Below the pieces are notes generated by a model, which saw only the letters and a list, made by a program, of their open reading frames with translations, was not told the DNA's origin and searched no databases. The translations under genes were made by a program, and so were the position numbers. DNA of 50,526 nt from Chthoniobacteraceae bacterium (GTDB lineage: Bacteria; Verrucomicrobiota; Verrucomicrobiia; Chthoniobacterales; Chthoniobacteraceae): the NCBI GenBank assembly GCA_040081625.1, contig JBEBGD010000033.1, positions 1 through 50,526 on the forward strand, written 5' to 3'. Below are positions 41,701-50,508 of this stretch, piece after piece (position 1 is the stretch's first letter; each line of letters starts with the position of its first letter).

Positions 41701-44700
41701 GAGCCGTTTCGATCAAGGCGCGGCGTGGTCGCTGCATGTCGTCGGCTCGATGCGCGGCGAACGCACGGAATCACCGTTCGCTGCCTCGGAGTGTCCCGCT
41801 GTGGAAGGCGAGACAGTCGAAGTCGAAGGCTTCTACCGCTACATGAGCGATCTCGGTTTGCGTTACGGCGACGAGTTCCGGCCGATCCGCGAGCTGGCCA
41901 CCGGCGCCGGAAAATCGTCGGGAAAAGTTTCGCTCTCCGACGCCATCGCCAACCGCGCGGGCGAGTATCCGCTGCACCCCGTGCTCTTCGACGGCGCGTT
42001 GCAGATTTTCTCCGCGGGCGCCGCGACCGTGGAAGATCGCCGCTCGCGCATGAAACTGCCCGTGCGCTTTGCGCGCATCCTTTTCCTCCGCTCGCCGGGC
42101 GCGTCGAGCCGCGTGCGCGCCAGCGTGCTGGAGTGCAACAGCGAATTCGTCGAAGGCCGCATCGGCCTGTATGACGAAGCGGGTCAGCCGTGCGTGCTCG
42201 TCGATGGCTTCCGCGCGATCAGCGTCACCGGCGTCCGCCGCACCGGCGCGCCGGGAGGCACGCGCGATGTAATATACAACGTCGATTGGGAGCGCACGCC
42301 GAACACCGCGCCTTCGCTGGCCGCGCAGCCGCGGCCGTTGGCGAGTCTGCACGAGGCCGCGCGCGGAGCGCTCGAAGCCGTGATCGCCACTCGCGGACGC
42401 GCCGAACTCGAAGCCGGCATGGCCGCAGGCGACGACCTCGCCGCACAGCATCTCGCGCGCGGTCTGCGCGAAATGGGCGCGACGCCCGGCGCGAAATTCA
42501 CCGCGGAGTCGCTGCACGTCGCCGTGCCGATGCGGCCCGTTTTCGAGCGACTGATGGCGAGCCTCGTGAAGCGCGAACTGCTCAAAGGAAAGACCGCCGG
42601 TTATCAGCCGACGGCGAAGTTTTCCAACGCCGCCGACTCCGCCCCGGAAGCGCTGCGGACGTTTGTCCTGCATCATTCCGGCCACCTCCCTGAGGCGCTG
42701 CTTTGCGCCGGCAACTGCGCTGAACTCGGCCCGATTTTGCGCGGCGAAAAAGATGCGGTGCAGGTGCTCTTCGCCGCTGCCGGCGCGGACTTGCTCGATC
42801 AATTTTACGGCGACGGACTTTCCACCAGCCATTGGCTCGCCGCCATTGCCGCCGCCGTGCAGGAGGCCGAGCGCCACCTGCCGGAAGGGCGCGGCATGCG
42901 CATCCTCGAAATCGGCGCGGGCACGGGCGGCCTGAGCGCGCAGGTGCTGCCGCTGCTCACGCGCGGGCTGCATTCCTACACGTTCAGCGATGTCTCGGCG
43001 GGCTTCTTCCCCGGAGCCATGCAAAAGCTCGCGGCGTATCCGGAAGTGGTGACGAAGATTCTCGATCTCGAAAAACCGGGCGCCGGCCAGGGCTTCGACG
43101 CGGGCTCGTTCGACTTCATCATCGGCACGAATGTGCTGCACGCCGTGAGCGATGTGCGCGTCGCGCTCGGGCATCTGCATGAGCTGCTCGTGCCCGGCGG
43201 CAGCCTCGTCTTCATGGACACCGCCTCGCCGCAATTGTGGACGGAAACCGTGTTCGGCCTCACGAGCGGCTGGTGGCGTTTCACCGACCGCGATCTGCGT
43301 CCGGATCAGCCGCTGCTGCCGCGCGCGACGTGGGAGAGGATTTTGCGGGAAGCGGGCTTTAGCGAAACGGCATCGCTGCCGGGACTCATCGGGCCGAGCG
43401 GCGACGAAGGCCAGATCGGCCTGCTCGCGCGCAAAGCCTGGCAGCCCGCGCCCGCGCTGGAAGTCGTCATCGAAGCACCGGTGGAAAAGTCATGGCTCAT
43501 CTTCGCGGACGAGTCCGGCCTGGGCGATCAGCTCGCCGCGCGACTGCGCACCGCGGGCGCCCGCTGCCGCATGGCGCATCGCGGGAAAAAATCCACGTCG
43601 CCGAAAACGGACGCGTTCACTCTGCGCGCGGAAGCGCCGGAAGATTGGCAGCAGCTTTTGCAAACCTTCGCCGACGACGCCCCGCTGGAGCGCATCGTCT
43701 ATCTTTGGAATGTGGACGCGCCTACCGAGGTCGCCGCCGATGATGCGGTCATGGGCACCGATGCGCTGCTGCATCTCACGCACGCGCTCGAAACGGTGAT
43801 GCCCGTGGAACAGCTGCGCATCGACTCCGTCACGCGCGGCGCGCAACCCGCGGGCCGCGACCCGATCGTCACCGCCGTCGCCCAGGCGCCCTCCGTCGGC
43901 CTGCTGCGCGTGATGCTCAATGAGCATCCCAGTTTTTCCTGCCGCGGAGTGGACCTGCCGCCAGCCGCGAGCGCCGCCGATCTCGGCCTGCTCTGGAGCG
44001 AACTCCTGCGCGCCGACCCCGAGCGCGAGATCGCCTTCCGCGGCGAAGCGCGCTACGTGCAGCGCCTCAGCCGTGGCCGTCCGGTCACCGAGCAGACGCT
44101 CGATCCCACGGTGCCGCTGCGGCTGGTGTCGCGCGAGCGCGGGCATCTCGACACGCTGCATTTCGCGCCGTTTGCGCTGCCACCTTGCGGTCCCGGCGAA
44201 GTGCTCATCAACGTGCGCGCCGCGGGCATGAATTTCCGCGACGTGCTCAAGGCGCTCGCGCTTTATCCCGGCGAAGCGCCCGACGCGCGCATCTTCGGCG
44301 ACGAAGTCGGCGGAGTCGTCGCGGCGGTCGGCGCGGGCGTCACGCATGTGAAGCCGGGCGACCGCGTCTTCGGTCTCGCGGTGTTCGGCCTGGCCACGCA
44401 AACGCTCGCGCGCGGCGGCGACGTGCGCCTCATCCCGGACGGCCTTTCGTTTGAAGAGGCCGCGACTTTGCCCGTCGTCTTCATGACCTCGTGGCACGCG
44501 CTGAAAAACGTGGCGCGAGTGCGCGCGGGCGAGTGCGTGCTGGTGCATGCGGGCGCGGGCGGCGTCGGCATGGCGGCGATCCAGATCGCGCATCATCTCG
44601 GCGCGACGGTCATCGCCAGCGCCGGCAGCCCGGCGAAACGCAGGCTGCTCGAAACGCTCGGCGTGAAACATGTCATCGACTCGCGGCGCGGCGATTTCGC

Positions 44701-46342
44701 GGAAGCGGTGATGGAACTCACCGACCGGCGCGGCGTGGACGTCGTCCTCAACGCGCTCGCCGGCGAAGCGATCCCGATGGGCATGTCGTGCCTCGCGGAG
44801 TTCGGACGCTTCATCGAAATCGGCAAGCGCGACATTTACCAAAACTCGCGCATCCCGCTCTGGGCCTTGCGCCGCAACGCTTCGTTCCACGTAGTCGCGA
44901 TGGACGCCGTCTTCCAGGGCGACGAAGCGCTCACGCGCGAGATGCTCGGCGAACTCACCGCGCTCGTCGAGGCCGGCTCGCTGCGTCCGCTGCCCTACCG
45001 CTCGTTCGCCGCGAACCGCGTCGATGCGGCGTTCCGCCTGATGGCCGGCGGCAAGCACATCGGCAAAGTCGTCGTCGGCTTCGCGCAGCCGTTCGTCCCG
45101 CGGCGCGGCGAGCCGCTGCCCGCGCCGTTTTCGATCAAGCCGGACGGCTGCTATCTCATCACCGGCGCGTTCGGCGGCTTCGGCAAAGTGCTCGCCGAAT
45201 GGCTGGTGAAATGCGGCGCGCGTCATCTCGTGCTCAGCAGTCGCAGCGGCGCGGCCACGCCTGAGGCCGTCGCGTTTGTGGAAAGCCTGCGCGCTCGCGA
45301 CATCGACGTGCGCATCGTGAAAGCGGACGCGGGTTCCGCGAAGGATATCTCCCGGCTGCTCGCCGAAATCCGCGCGGGCGATCAGCCGCTGCGCGGACTT
45401 TTCCACCTCGCGATGGTCATCGACGACGCGCCGCTCTCCGCGCTCACCCGCGAGAGGATGCACACGGTCATGGCGCCGAAGGCGTATGGCGCGTGGCTGC
45501 TGCATCAAGGGACGCGCGACATGAAGCTCGACTGCTTCGTGATGTATTCGTCCGTCTCGAGCATCTTCGGCAATCCCGCGCAGGGAAACTACGGCGCGGC
45601 GAATGCGTTCCTCGATTCGCTCGCGTATCACCGCCGCGCGCTCGGCCTGCCCGCGCTCACGATGAACTGGGGCGTGCTCGGCGGCGAAGGCTACGTCGCG
45701 CGCAACGAACGCGTGGCGGAGTTCCTCGCGCGGCAGGGCACGACGGAGCTGTCGCCCGGCGAAGTCATGTCGCTCATGGAAGCGTCGCTCGTCGCCGGCA
45801 ACACGCAGGTCATGGCGATCCGCGTGGACTGGGCGAAGTGGCGGCAGTTCTTCCGCAGCATGCAGGAGAATCCTCTGCTGGAGCGCATCCTCGCGTCGGT
45901 CGAAGGCCAGGAGTCTGGCGGCACGACCGGTGACTGGCGGCCGAGAATCGAGGCGGCCGCGCCTGAGGAAAAAGAAGCCGTGATTTGTCAGGCCGTGCGC
46001 GAAGTCGTCGGCTCGGTGCTGCGCGTGAAGCCGGACAGCCTGCGCGACGATCAGCCGCTCACCGACCTCGGATTGGATTCGCTCATGGGCGTGGAAATCG
46101 AGAACTCGCTCGAAGCCGCCATCGGTGTCGCCCTTCCGCCGACCAGCCTCATGCGCGCCCGCACCATCGGCCAGATCGCCACGCTCATCGCCAGCCACAT
46201 GGGCGCAAAAACCGCGCCCGCAGCCGCCGCAAAAGCCGCAGAAACCGCACCCGCTGACGAGGTGGATCTGGATGCGCTGTCGGATGAAGACATCGACCAA
46301 TTGCTCGGCGGCGAGACCGTCTCCGATGAGTCGAAAAGCTGA
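38708..46342 (+). CDS. Single-module highly reducing type I PKS (KS-AT-DH-cMT-ER-KR-ACP), no TE
   Basis: KS DTACSS, HGTGT, GHLE; AT GHSVG, HPFH; DH HKVDSHVIFP, HPVLFD; MT EIGAGTGG, NVLHA; ER HAGAGGVG; KR GAFGGFG, IDD, YGAAN; ACP GLDSL; acidic tail. Confidence 0.97.
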   Translation: MSKDRIAIIGIGCRFPGGINDSNAFWKLLVEGREAVGEVPANRWNVDRFFDAEPGLAGKSIARRGGFLDSIDQFDPQFFGISPREAPFVDPQQRLLLETAWEAMEDAGLVLDLERGTDIGVFVGISHNDYQIIQGTPWDSAGISPHSPTGSAHSIAANRISYCFNLRGPSVAMDTACSSALTAVHAACEHIRAGRGDVALAGGVTVMITPGGFIGFSQASMLSPEGKCKAFDAAANGFVRGEGAGMVLLKRFDQALADGDPIHGVIVGTSTNQDGHTNGISLPSTEAQARLVRDACADAGIEPSQISFVEAHGTGTAVGDPIEAHALAVALCVDRAADAPLPIGSVKTNLGHLETAAGIAGLVKAVLALQHRQIPASLHFEKPNPHIDFAALKLRVPVALEPFPESDGPLFVGVNSFGFGGANAHVILEEPPLRAHAENPDTLTERAWPIVLSARSEEALRGSALHLAAWIEERAHANGSSPTLPDLVYSLGARRNHHPHRLTVVVNSTTELVQELDGFAIKEQSPKVRAGFSPRPEHAPCVAFVMSGQGPQWWGMGRELMRHEPVFGEIMERCAAAMKPWVRFSLLEELGRTEETSQLHRTEIAQPAIFAMQVALAELWKSWGVQPAAIVGHSVGEIAAACVAGVFSLEEGARVIALRARFMGDCARDEGTMLAVGLGEEEARALIARHDRTVTIAAFNGPRSLTLAGARISLEAMLAELEPQGVFARLVRVDHPFHHPLMQPASEQLEEALADLDPQPDTTPFFSTVSGERCPGATCDAAHWGRGVRQPVQFAAAVKALADFGVDVWLEIGAHPALVHSIQECLAGGGGKPVVFSSARREREHESLLETALDLHRACVGLDFAAMTPSRRLLALPAYAWDKSRWWNEASDWRDGRLGTGGKGLLDIRLPRATPTWTARLDGRHMAFLKDHKVDSHVIFPAAAFVDMVLEAGVQLFPGHAFVVEDFEIRKPLILPDPASGVHLELSYDPNERTFAIQSRFDQGAAWSLHVVGSMRGERTESPFAASECPAVEGETVEVEGFYRYMSDLGLRYGDEFRPIRELATGAGKSSGKVSLSDAIANRAGEYPLHPVLFDGALQIFSAGAATVEDRRSRMKLPVRFARILFLRSPGASSRVRASVLECNSEFVEGRIGLYDEAGQPCVLVDGFRAISVTGVRRTGAPGGTRDVIYNVDWERTPNTAPSLAAQPRPLASLHEAARGALEAVIATRGRAELEAGMAAGDDLAAQHLARGLREMGATPGAKFTAESLHVAVPMRPVFERLMASLVKRELLKGKTAGYQPTAKFSNAADSAPEALRTFVLHHSGHLPEALLCAGNCAELGPILRGEKDAVQVLFAAAGADLLDQFYGDGLSTSHWLAAIAAAVQEAERHLPEGRGMRILEIGAGTGGLSAQVLPLLTRGLHSYTFSDVSAGFFPGAMQKLAAYPEVVTKILDLEKPGAGQGFDAGSFDFIIGTNVLHAVSDVRVALGHLHELLVPGGSLVFMDTASPQLWTETVFGLTSGWWRFTDRDLRPDQPLLPRATWERILREAGFSETASLPGLIGPSGDEGQIGLLARKAWQPAPALEVVIEAPVEKSWLIFADESGLGDQLAARLRTAGARCRMAHRGKKSTSPKTDAFTLRAEAPEDWQQLLQTFADDAPLERIVYLWNVDAPTEVAADDAVMGTDALLHLTHALETVMPVEQLRIDSVTRGAQPAGRDPIVTAVAQAPSVGLLRVMLNEHPSFSCRGVDLPPAASAADLGLLWSELLRADPEREIAFRGEARYVQRLSRGRPVTEQTLDPTVPLRLVSRERGHLDTLHFAPFALPPCGPGEVLINVRAAGMNFRDVLKALALYPGEAPDARIFGDEVGGVVAAVGAGVTHVKPGDRVFGLAVFGLATQTLARGGDVRLIPDGLSFEEAATLPVVFMTSWHALKNVARVRAGECVLVHAGAGGVGMAAIQIAHHLGATVIASAGSPAKRRLLETLGVKHVIDSRRGDFAEAVMELTDRRGVDVVLNALAGEAIPMGMSCLAEFGRFIEIGKRDIYQNSRIPLWALRRNASFHVVAMDAVFQGDEALTREMLGELTALVEAGSLRPLPYRSFAANRVDAAFRLMAGGKHIGKVVVGFAQPFVPRRGEPLPAPFSIKPDGCYLITGAFGGFGKVLAEWLVKCGARHLVLSSRSGAATPEAVAFVESLRARDIDVRIVKADAGSAKDISRLLAEIRAGDQPLRGLFHLAMVIDDAPLSALTRERMHTVMAPKAYGAWLLHQGTRDMKLDCFVMYSSVSSIFGNPAQGNYGAANAFLDSLAYHRRALGLPALTMNWGVLGGEGYVARNERVAEFLARQGTTELSPGEVMSLMEASLVAGNTQVMAIRVDWAKWRQFFRSMQENPLLERILASVEGQESGGTTGDWRPRIEAAAPEEKEAVICQAVREVVGSVLRVKPDSLRDDQPLTDLGLDSLMGVEIENSLEAAIGVALPPTSLMRARTIGQIATLIASHMGAKTAPAAAAKAAETAPADEVDLDALSDEDIDQLLGGETVSDESKS

Positions 46343-47691
46343 TGCCCACTGACAAACGCGCACTTCTCAAGGAGCGGCTGCAGAACGGCGACATCCATCT
46401 CCAGCCGCTGACTTTTCCGCAGCGGGAACTGTGGGAGGCTTCGCCGCTTCCGGCGGGGGATATGGCGAATCATATCTGCTGCTTCATCGAGGTGCGCGGT
46501 GCGATCACGCCGGAGGCTTGCGAGGTGGCGATTGCGCGCGTGGTTCAGCGACAGGAGGCGCTGCGCGTTTCCTTCCTGCCGGGCAAAGAACGGCCTGTGC
46601 AAATGATCCGCAAGGACGCGTCGGCCAACTTCCGCCACCGCGAACTCACTCCGGCGCAGCACTCGCCCGAGGCCGTCGAGGAACTGGCGCGCGCGATTTT
46701 CACCGAGCCGTTCGATCTCGTGCAGGGACCGCTTTACCGCGTCGAACTCCTTTCCCGCGCCGTCGATGATCACGTCCTCGCGTTCGCCATTCATCACGCC
46801 ATCGCCGATGGCTGGACGCTCGGCGTCTTCGTGCAGGACTTAGTCGTCGCCTACATGCTGGAGAAGCGCGGCGTGCGCGACGCGCTGCCGTCGGTGCCGC
46901 TCTCCTACACGGCGTGGGGCGCGGCCGAACGCGCGTTCTGGACGCCCGCCGCTCTGGCCGAGCGCGCGGCTTTCTGGAAACAATATCTTGCCGGCACCGA
47001 GCGGCTTTGGAGCGAACTCGAAGGGCGGCAGACCGCATCCGGCGCGCATCAGCGGACCGTCGCCTATTTCACCGCCGAACTCGCCGACACCGCGCGCGAG
47101 CTCGCCCGCCGCAATGGCGCGACGCTTTTCAGCACGCTGCTCACCGCGTTTCAAATCGCGCTGTCGCAATGGACCGGCGCCACGGACATCGTGGTCGGCA
47201 CGCCGGTCGCGAACCGCAACAAGGAGGCGTCGCGGGAGACGATGGGTTACTTCGCCGGCATCGTGCCGCTGCGCGCGCGCGTGGAGCCGGATCGCGCGTT
47301 CGCCACGAGCCTGCGCGCGACGCATCAATCCACCGTCGATGCCTTCGCCAACGCGATGCCCTTCGCCGAACTCGTGCAGGCCATCGGCGACGCGCCGGCG
47401 CCGGGACACAACCCCGCGTTCGAGGTGCGCTTCGCTTTGCAAAATCATCCGATCCCCGACGTCGCGCTGCCCGGCCTCTCGGCGAAACTGCGGATGTGCT
47501 CAACGGGCACCGCGCGCTTTCATCTCGCTTGCGAAATCACCGAGGAAGGCGAGCGGTTGGAAGTCGTCTGGCTATTTCGTCCGAATCTTTTTCCGCGCGA
47601 GGAAATCGAGAATCTCGGCCGCATGTTTGAAGCAGTGCTGGCGGGCGCGGGCCGTCTGCCGGAGAGTCGCGTGGCCGCCCTCAAAACGTGA
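46342..47691 (+). CDS. Free-standing NRPS-type condensation domain protein
   Basis: PLTFPQRELW, intact HHAIADG, VGTPVANR...MGYF; ends where an A domain would begin; TGATG overlap with PKS. Confidence 0.92.
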   Translation: MPTDKRALLKERLQNGDIHLQPLTFPQRELWEASPLPAGDMANHICCFIEVRGAITPEACEVAIARVVQRQEALRVSFLPGKERPVQMIRKDASANFRHRELTPAQHSPEAVEELARAIFTEPFDLVQGPLYRVELLSRAVDDHVLAFAIHHAIADGWTLGVFVQDLVVAYMLEKRGVRDALPSVPLSYTAWGAAERAFWTPAALAERAAFWKQYLAGTERLWSELEGRQTASGAHQRTVAYFTAELADTARELARRNGATLFSTLLTAFQIALSQWTGATDIVVGTPVANRNKEASRETMGYFAGIVPLRARVEPDRAFATSLRATHQSTVDAFANAMPFAELVQAIGDAPAPGHNPAFEVRFALQNHPIPDVALPGLSAKLRMCSTGTARFHLACEITEEGERLEVVWLFRPNLFPREEIENLGRMFEAVLAGAGRLPESRVAALKT

Positions 47692-48677
47692 CCACGATGA
47701 ACGCCACCGATTCCGCGATCGAACCGCACGAACCGCACTGGATCGGCCGCTCCGCGTTTCAAATGCTCGCGCTGATGTTCATGGCTTCGCAGGTCGGGCT
47801 GGGCTTCGCGGTGTATCACGCGAATTACTGGATCGCCGTGCCGCTCGTCTTCGTCACGAGCCACCTCATGCACGCGATGCTCATCGGCTTTCACGAGGCG
47901 ACTCACGGGCTGCTGCGCAAGAGCCGCGTCCTAAATGAAATCGACGGCATCATCATCGGCACGCTGAGCCTGATGAGCTTCAGCCTCTACCGCGCCGCGC
48001 ATCAATTGCATCACGCGTATCTCGCCTCCGAGCGCGACGAAGAGCTCTGGCCTTTCGTCCATCCGGAGATGCCACGCTGGGCGCGCGTGGGAGCCGCGAT
48101 TACGGAACTCACGATGGGGCTGTTCTTCACGCCATTCCTTTTCATCCGCACGTTTCTCCGCGCCGGCTCGCCCATTCGGAACAAGAAGCTGCGCCGCCGC
48201 ATCTGGCTGGAGTTTGCGGGGACGGCAGTCGTCTGGACGGCGATCCTTACGGCCATCGCGATCTTCGATGCGTGGAAGTATTTCCTGTGGCTGCACGTCA
48301 TGCCCGCATGGCTCGCGGCGAACATGCAAAGCCTGCGCAAATACGTGGAGCACGTCGGACTCACCGGCTCGACGGTAAACAGCGCGACGCGCAGCATCGT
48401 GGCCGAGGGCTGGGTCGCCACGTTCCTGAATTTCACGCTGCTCCACGAGCCGTATCACGGCGTGCATCATTGGCGCTCGGGCCTGCCGCATTTGGAATTG
48501 CCGCAGCACGCCGAAGCGCTCGAACCCAGTGCCGACGAGGAACGCCCGCCCTTCCGCACCTTTAGCGCTGCGCTGCGCGATCTGTTCATCAATCTCGCCG
48601 ACCCGCGCGTCGGCGCCCAATGGCGCGGCATGGCCAAACCCACGCGCCAGGAAATGGCGAGGCAGGCGACAAGCTGA
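47688..48677 (+). CDS. Membrane fatty acid desaturase family protein
   Basis: Three His boxes HEATH, HQLHH, HGVHH plus hydrophobic segments; GTGA overlap with upstream gene (alternative ATG 47697). Confidence 0.9.
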   Translation: MTTMNATDSAIEPHEPHWIGRSAFQMLALMFMASQVGLGFAVYHANYWIAVPLVFVTSHLMHAMLIGFHEATHGLLRKSRVLNEIDGIIIGTLSLMSFSLYRAAHQLHHAYLASERDEELWPFVHPEMPRWARVGAAITELTMGLFFTPFLFIRTFLRAGSPIRNKKLRRRIWLEFAGTAVVWTAILTAIAIFDAWKYFLWLHVMPAWLAANMQSLRKYVEHVGLTGSTVNSATRSIVAEGWVATFLNFTLLHEPYHGVHHWRSGLPHLELPQHAEALEPSADEERPPFRTFSAALRDLFINLADPRVGAQWRGMAKPTRQEMARQATS

Positions 48678-49396
48678 TGACGCTCCCAAATGGCGGTGCG
48701 GGCTGCGTGTTCGAGGCCATCGGGCTGAAAAAGGAATACGACGACGGGCAGGTGCGGGCGCTGCGCGGCGTCGATTTCCGGATCGAGCAGGGCGAGTTCG
48801 TCGCGATCGTCGGGCAGAGCGGTTCGGGGAAATCCACGCTGCTGCAAATGCTCGGCGCGCTCGATCATCCGAGCGCGGGCTCGCTGCTCTATCGCGGCGC
48901 TTCGCTCGCGGAGCGCGCCGATCTCGCGGCGTATCGCGCGCACGAAGTCAGCTTCATTTTCCAGGCCTTCCATCTGCTCCCGACCTTCACCGCGCTCGAG
49001 AACGTGCAGATCCCGATGTTTGAAACGAAGCGCTCCGTCTCCGAGCGAAACGAGCGCGCGCACGAGTTGCTCAAGCTCGTCGGACTCGAATCGCGGCAGC
49101 ATCATTTTCCCGCGAAGCTCTCCGGCGGCGAACGGCAGCGCGTGGCCATCGCGCGCAGTCTCGCCAATGGAGCGGGCGTCCTGCTCGCCGACGAACCGAC
49201 TGGCAACCTCGACAGCGAAAACGCGGCCCTCGTCCTCGACCTCATCGTCCGGCTGCGCCGCGAGCAAAACTTCACGCTAGTGCTTGTTACGCACGACATC
49301 GGCATCGCCGCGCAGGCTTCGCGCGTCATCGAAATGAAGGACGGGCGGATCGTCTCCGACCGCCAGAACGGGCACGCGCAGCCGAACCAGCCATGA
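48677..49396 (+). CDS. ABC transporter ATP-binding protein (LolD/MacB type)
   Basis: In-frame ATG at 48677 (TGATG overlap); GQSGSGKS, LSGGERQR, LADEPTGNLD, VTHD. Confidence 0.95.
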   Translation: MTLPNGGAGCVFEAIGLKKEYDDGQVRALRGVDFRIEQGEFVAIVGQSGSGKSTLLQMLGALDHPSAGSLLYRGASLAERADLAAYRAHEVSFIFQAFHLLPTFTALENVQIPMFETKRSVSERNERAHELLKLVGLESRQHHFPAKLSGGERQRVAIARSLANGAGVLLADEPTGNLDSENAALVLDLIVRLRREQNFTLVLVTHDIGIAAQASRVIEMKDGRIVSDRQNGHAQPNQP

Positions 49397-50508
49397 CCTT
49401 TCTCACCATCGTAACGCATGGGCTGAAGCGCCGTCCGGTGCGCACCGGGCTGACGCTCCTCGGCATCTCCATCGGCATCGCCGCGGTGGTCGCGCTCGTC
49501 GGGATTTCGCGTGGGTTCGAGAGCAGTTGGGAGTCGGGCATGAAGTCGCGCGGCACCGACATCGTGGTCAGCAACATGGGCAGCGCGCTCACGCCGAAGC
49601 CGTTCCCCGCCGCCGTGCGCGATCGCATCACGCCGCTGCCGCACGTCGCCGAAACGTGCATGCTGCTCGTCGAGCTGATGAGCATCGAGACCGCCGAGAT
49701 GATGATCGTCTCCGCGCGCGAATGGGGTGGGTTCAGTTGGAAAAATCTCAAGGTGACCGAGGGGCGCCTGCCGCGCGACGCCGCCGAGCCCGCCGTGGTT
49801 TTGGGCAGGACCGCGGCGGAAGTGCTCAAGAAAAAAGTCGGCGACACGCTGCAACTCGAAACCGAGGAACTGGCCGTCGTCGGCATCGTGGACGGCGGCG
49901 CGGTCGTGGAAAATGGCTCGGTGATTTTGTCCCTGCCGCTCATGCAGAAAATCACGGGCAACGAGGGGAAGATTAACATCATCGACCTGCGCGCCACGCC
50001 CGGCACATCAAAGGAAGAACTCACCCAGCTTTCCGCCGAGATCACCCGCCTCATCCCCGAGGCGCGCGCCGTGATCGCGAGCGACCACATCCGCAACAGC
50101 CAGGCCTACAAAATGATCCGCGCGATGAGCTGGGGCACTTCGCTGCTCGCCGTGCTCGTCGGCGTGCTCGGCGTGATGAACACGATGCTGATGACCGTTT
50201 TCGAGCGCACCCAGGAGATCTGCATCCTGCTCGCCGTCGGCTGGAAACGCCGCCGCATCTTTCGCATGATCCTCCTCGAATCCGCGCTGCTCGGCTTCCT
50301 CGGCGGCATCGGCGGCGTGCTCATCGGCGCGCTCGGCGTGAAGGTTCTCGAAACCACTCCTGCGCTCCGCGGCCTGCTGGAGGCTGACTTAAACCCGACG
50401 CTCCTCGCCACGGCTGTGGCCATCGCTGTCGTCGTCGGCATCGTCAGCGGCGTGTATCCGGCGTGGCGCAGCTCGCGCCTGTCGCCCAGCCACGCGTTGC
50501 AAGGCTGA
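49393..50508 (+). CDS. ABC transporter permease (MacB/FtsX type)
   Basis: RTGLTLLGISIGIAAVV, large periplasmic domain, NTMLMTVFERTQEI..LAVGW, YPAWRSSRLSP; ATGA overlap. Confidence 0.93.
   Translation: MTFLTIVTHGLKRRPVRTGLTLLGISIGIAAVVALVGISRGFESSWESGMKSRGTDIVVSNMGSALTPKPFPAAVRDRITPLPHVAETCMLLVELMSIETAEMMIVSAREWGGFSWKNLKVTEGRLPRDAAEPAVVLGRTAAEVLKKKVGDTLQLETEELAVVGIVDGGAVVENGSVILSLPLMQKITGNEGKINIIDLRATPGTSKEELTQLSAEITRLIPEARAVIASDHIRNSQAYKMIRAMSWGTSLLAVLVGVLGVMNTMLMTVFERTQEICILLAVGWKRRRIFRMILLESALLGFLGGIGGVLIGALGVKVLETTPALRGLLEADLNPTLLATAVAIAVVVGIVSGVYPAWRSSRLSPSHALQG

Noticed and set aside
31742..46363. Shadow ORFs 31742-34234, 36621-38576, 38612-41242 and 43490-46363
   Set aside because: They lie antisense to well-supported genes and show no domain signatures.
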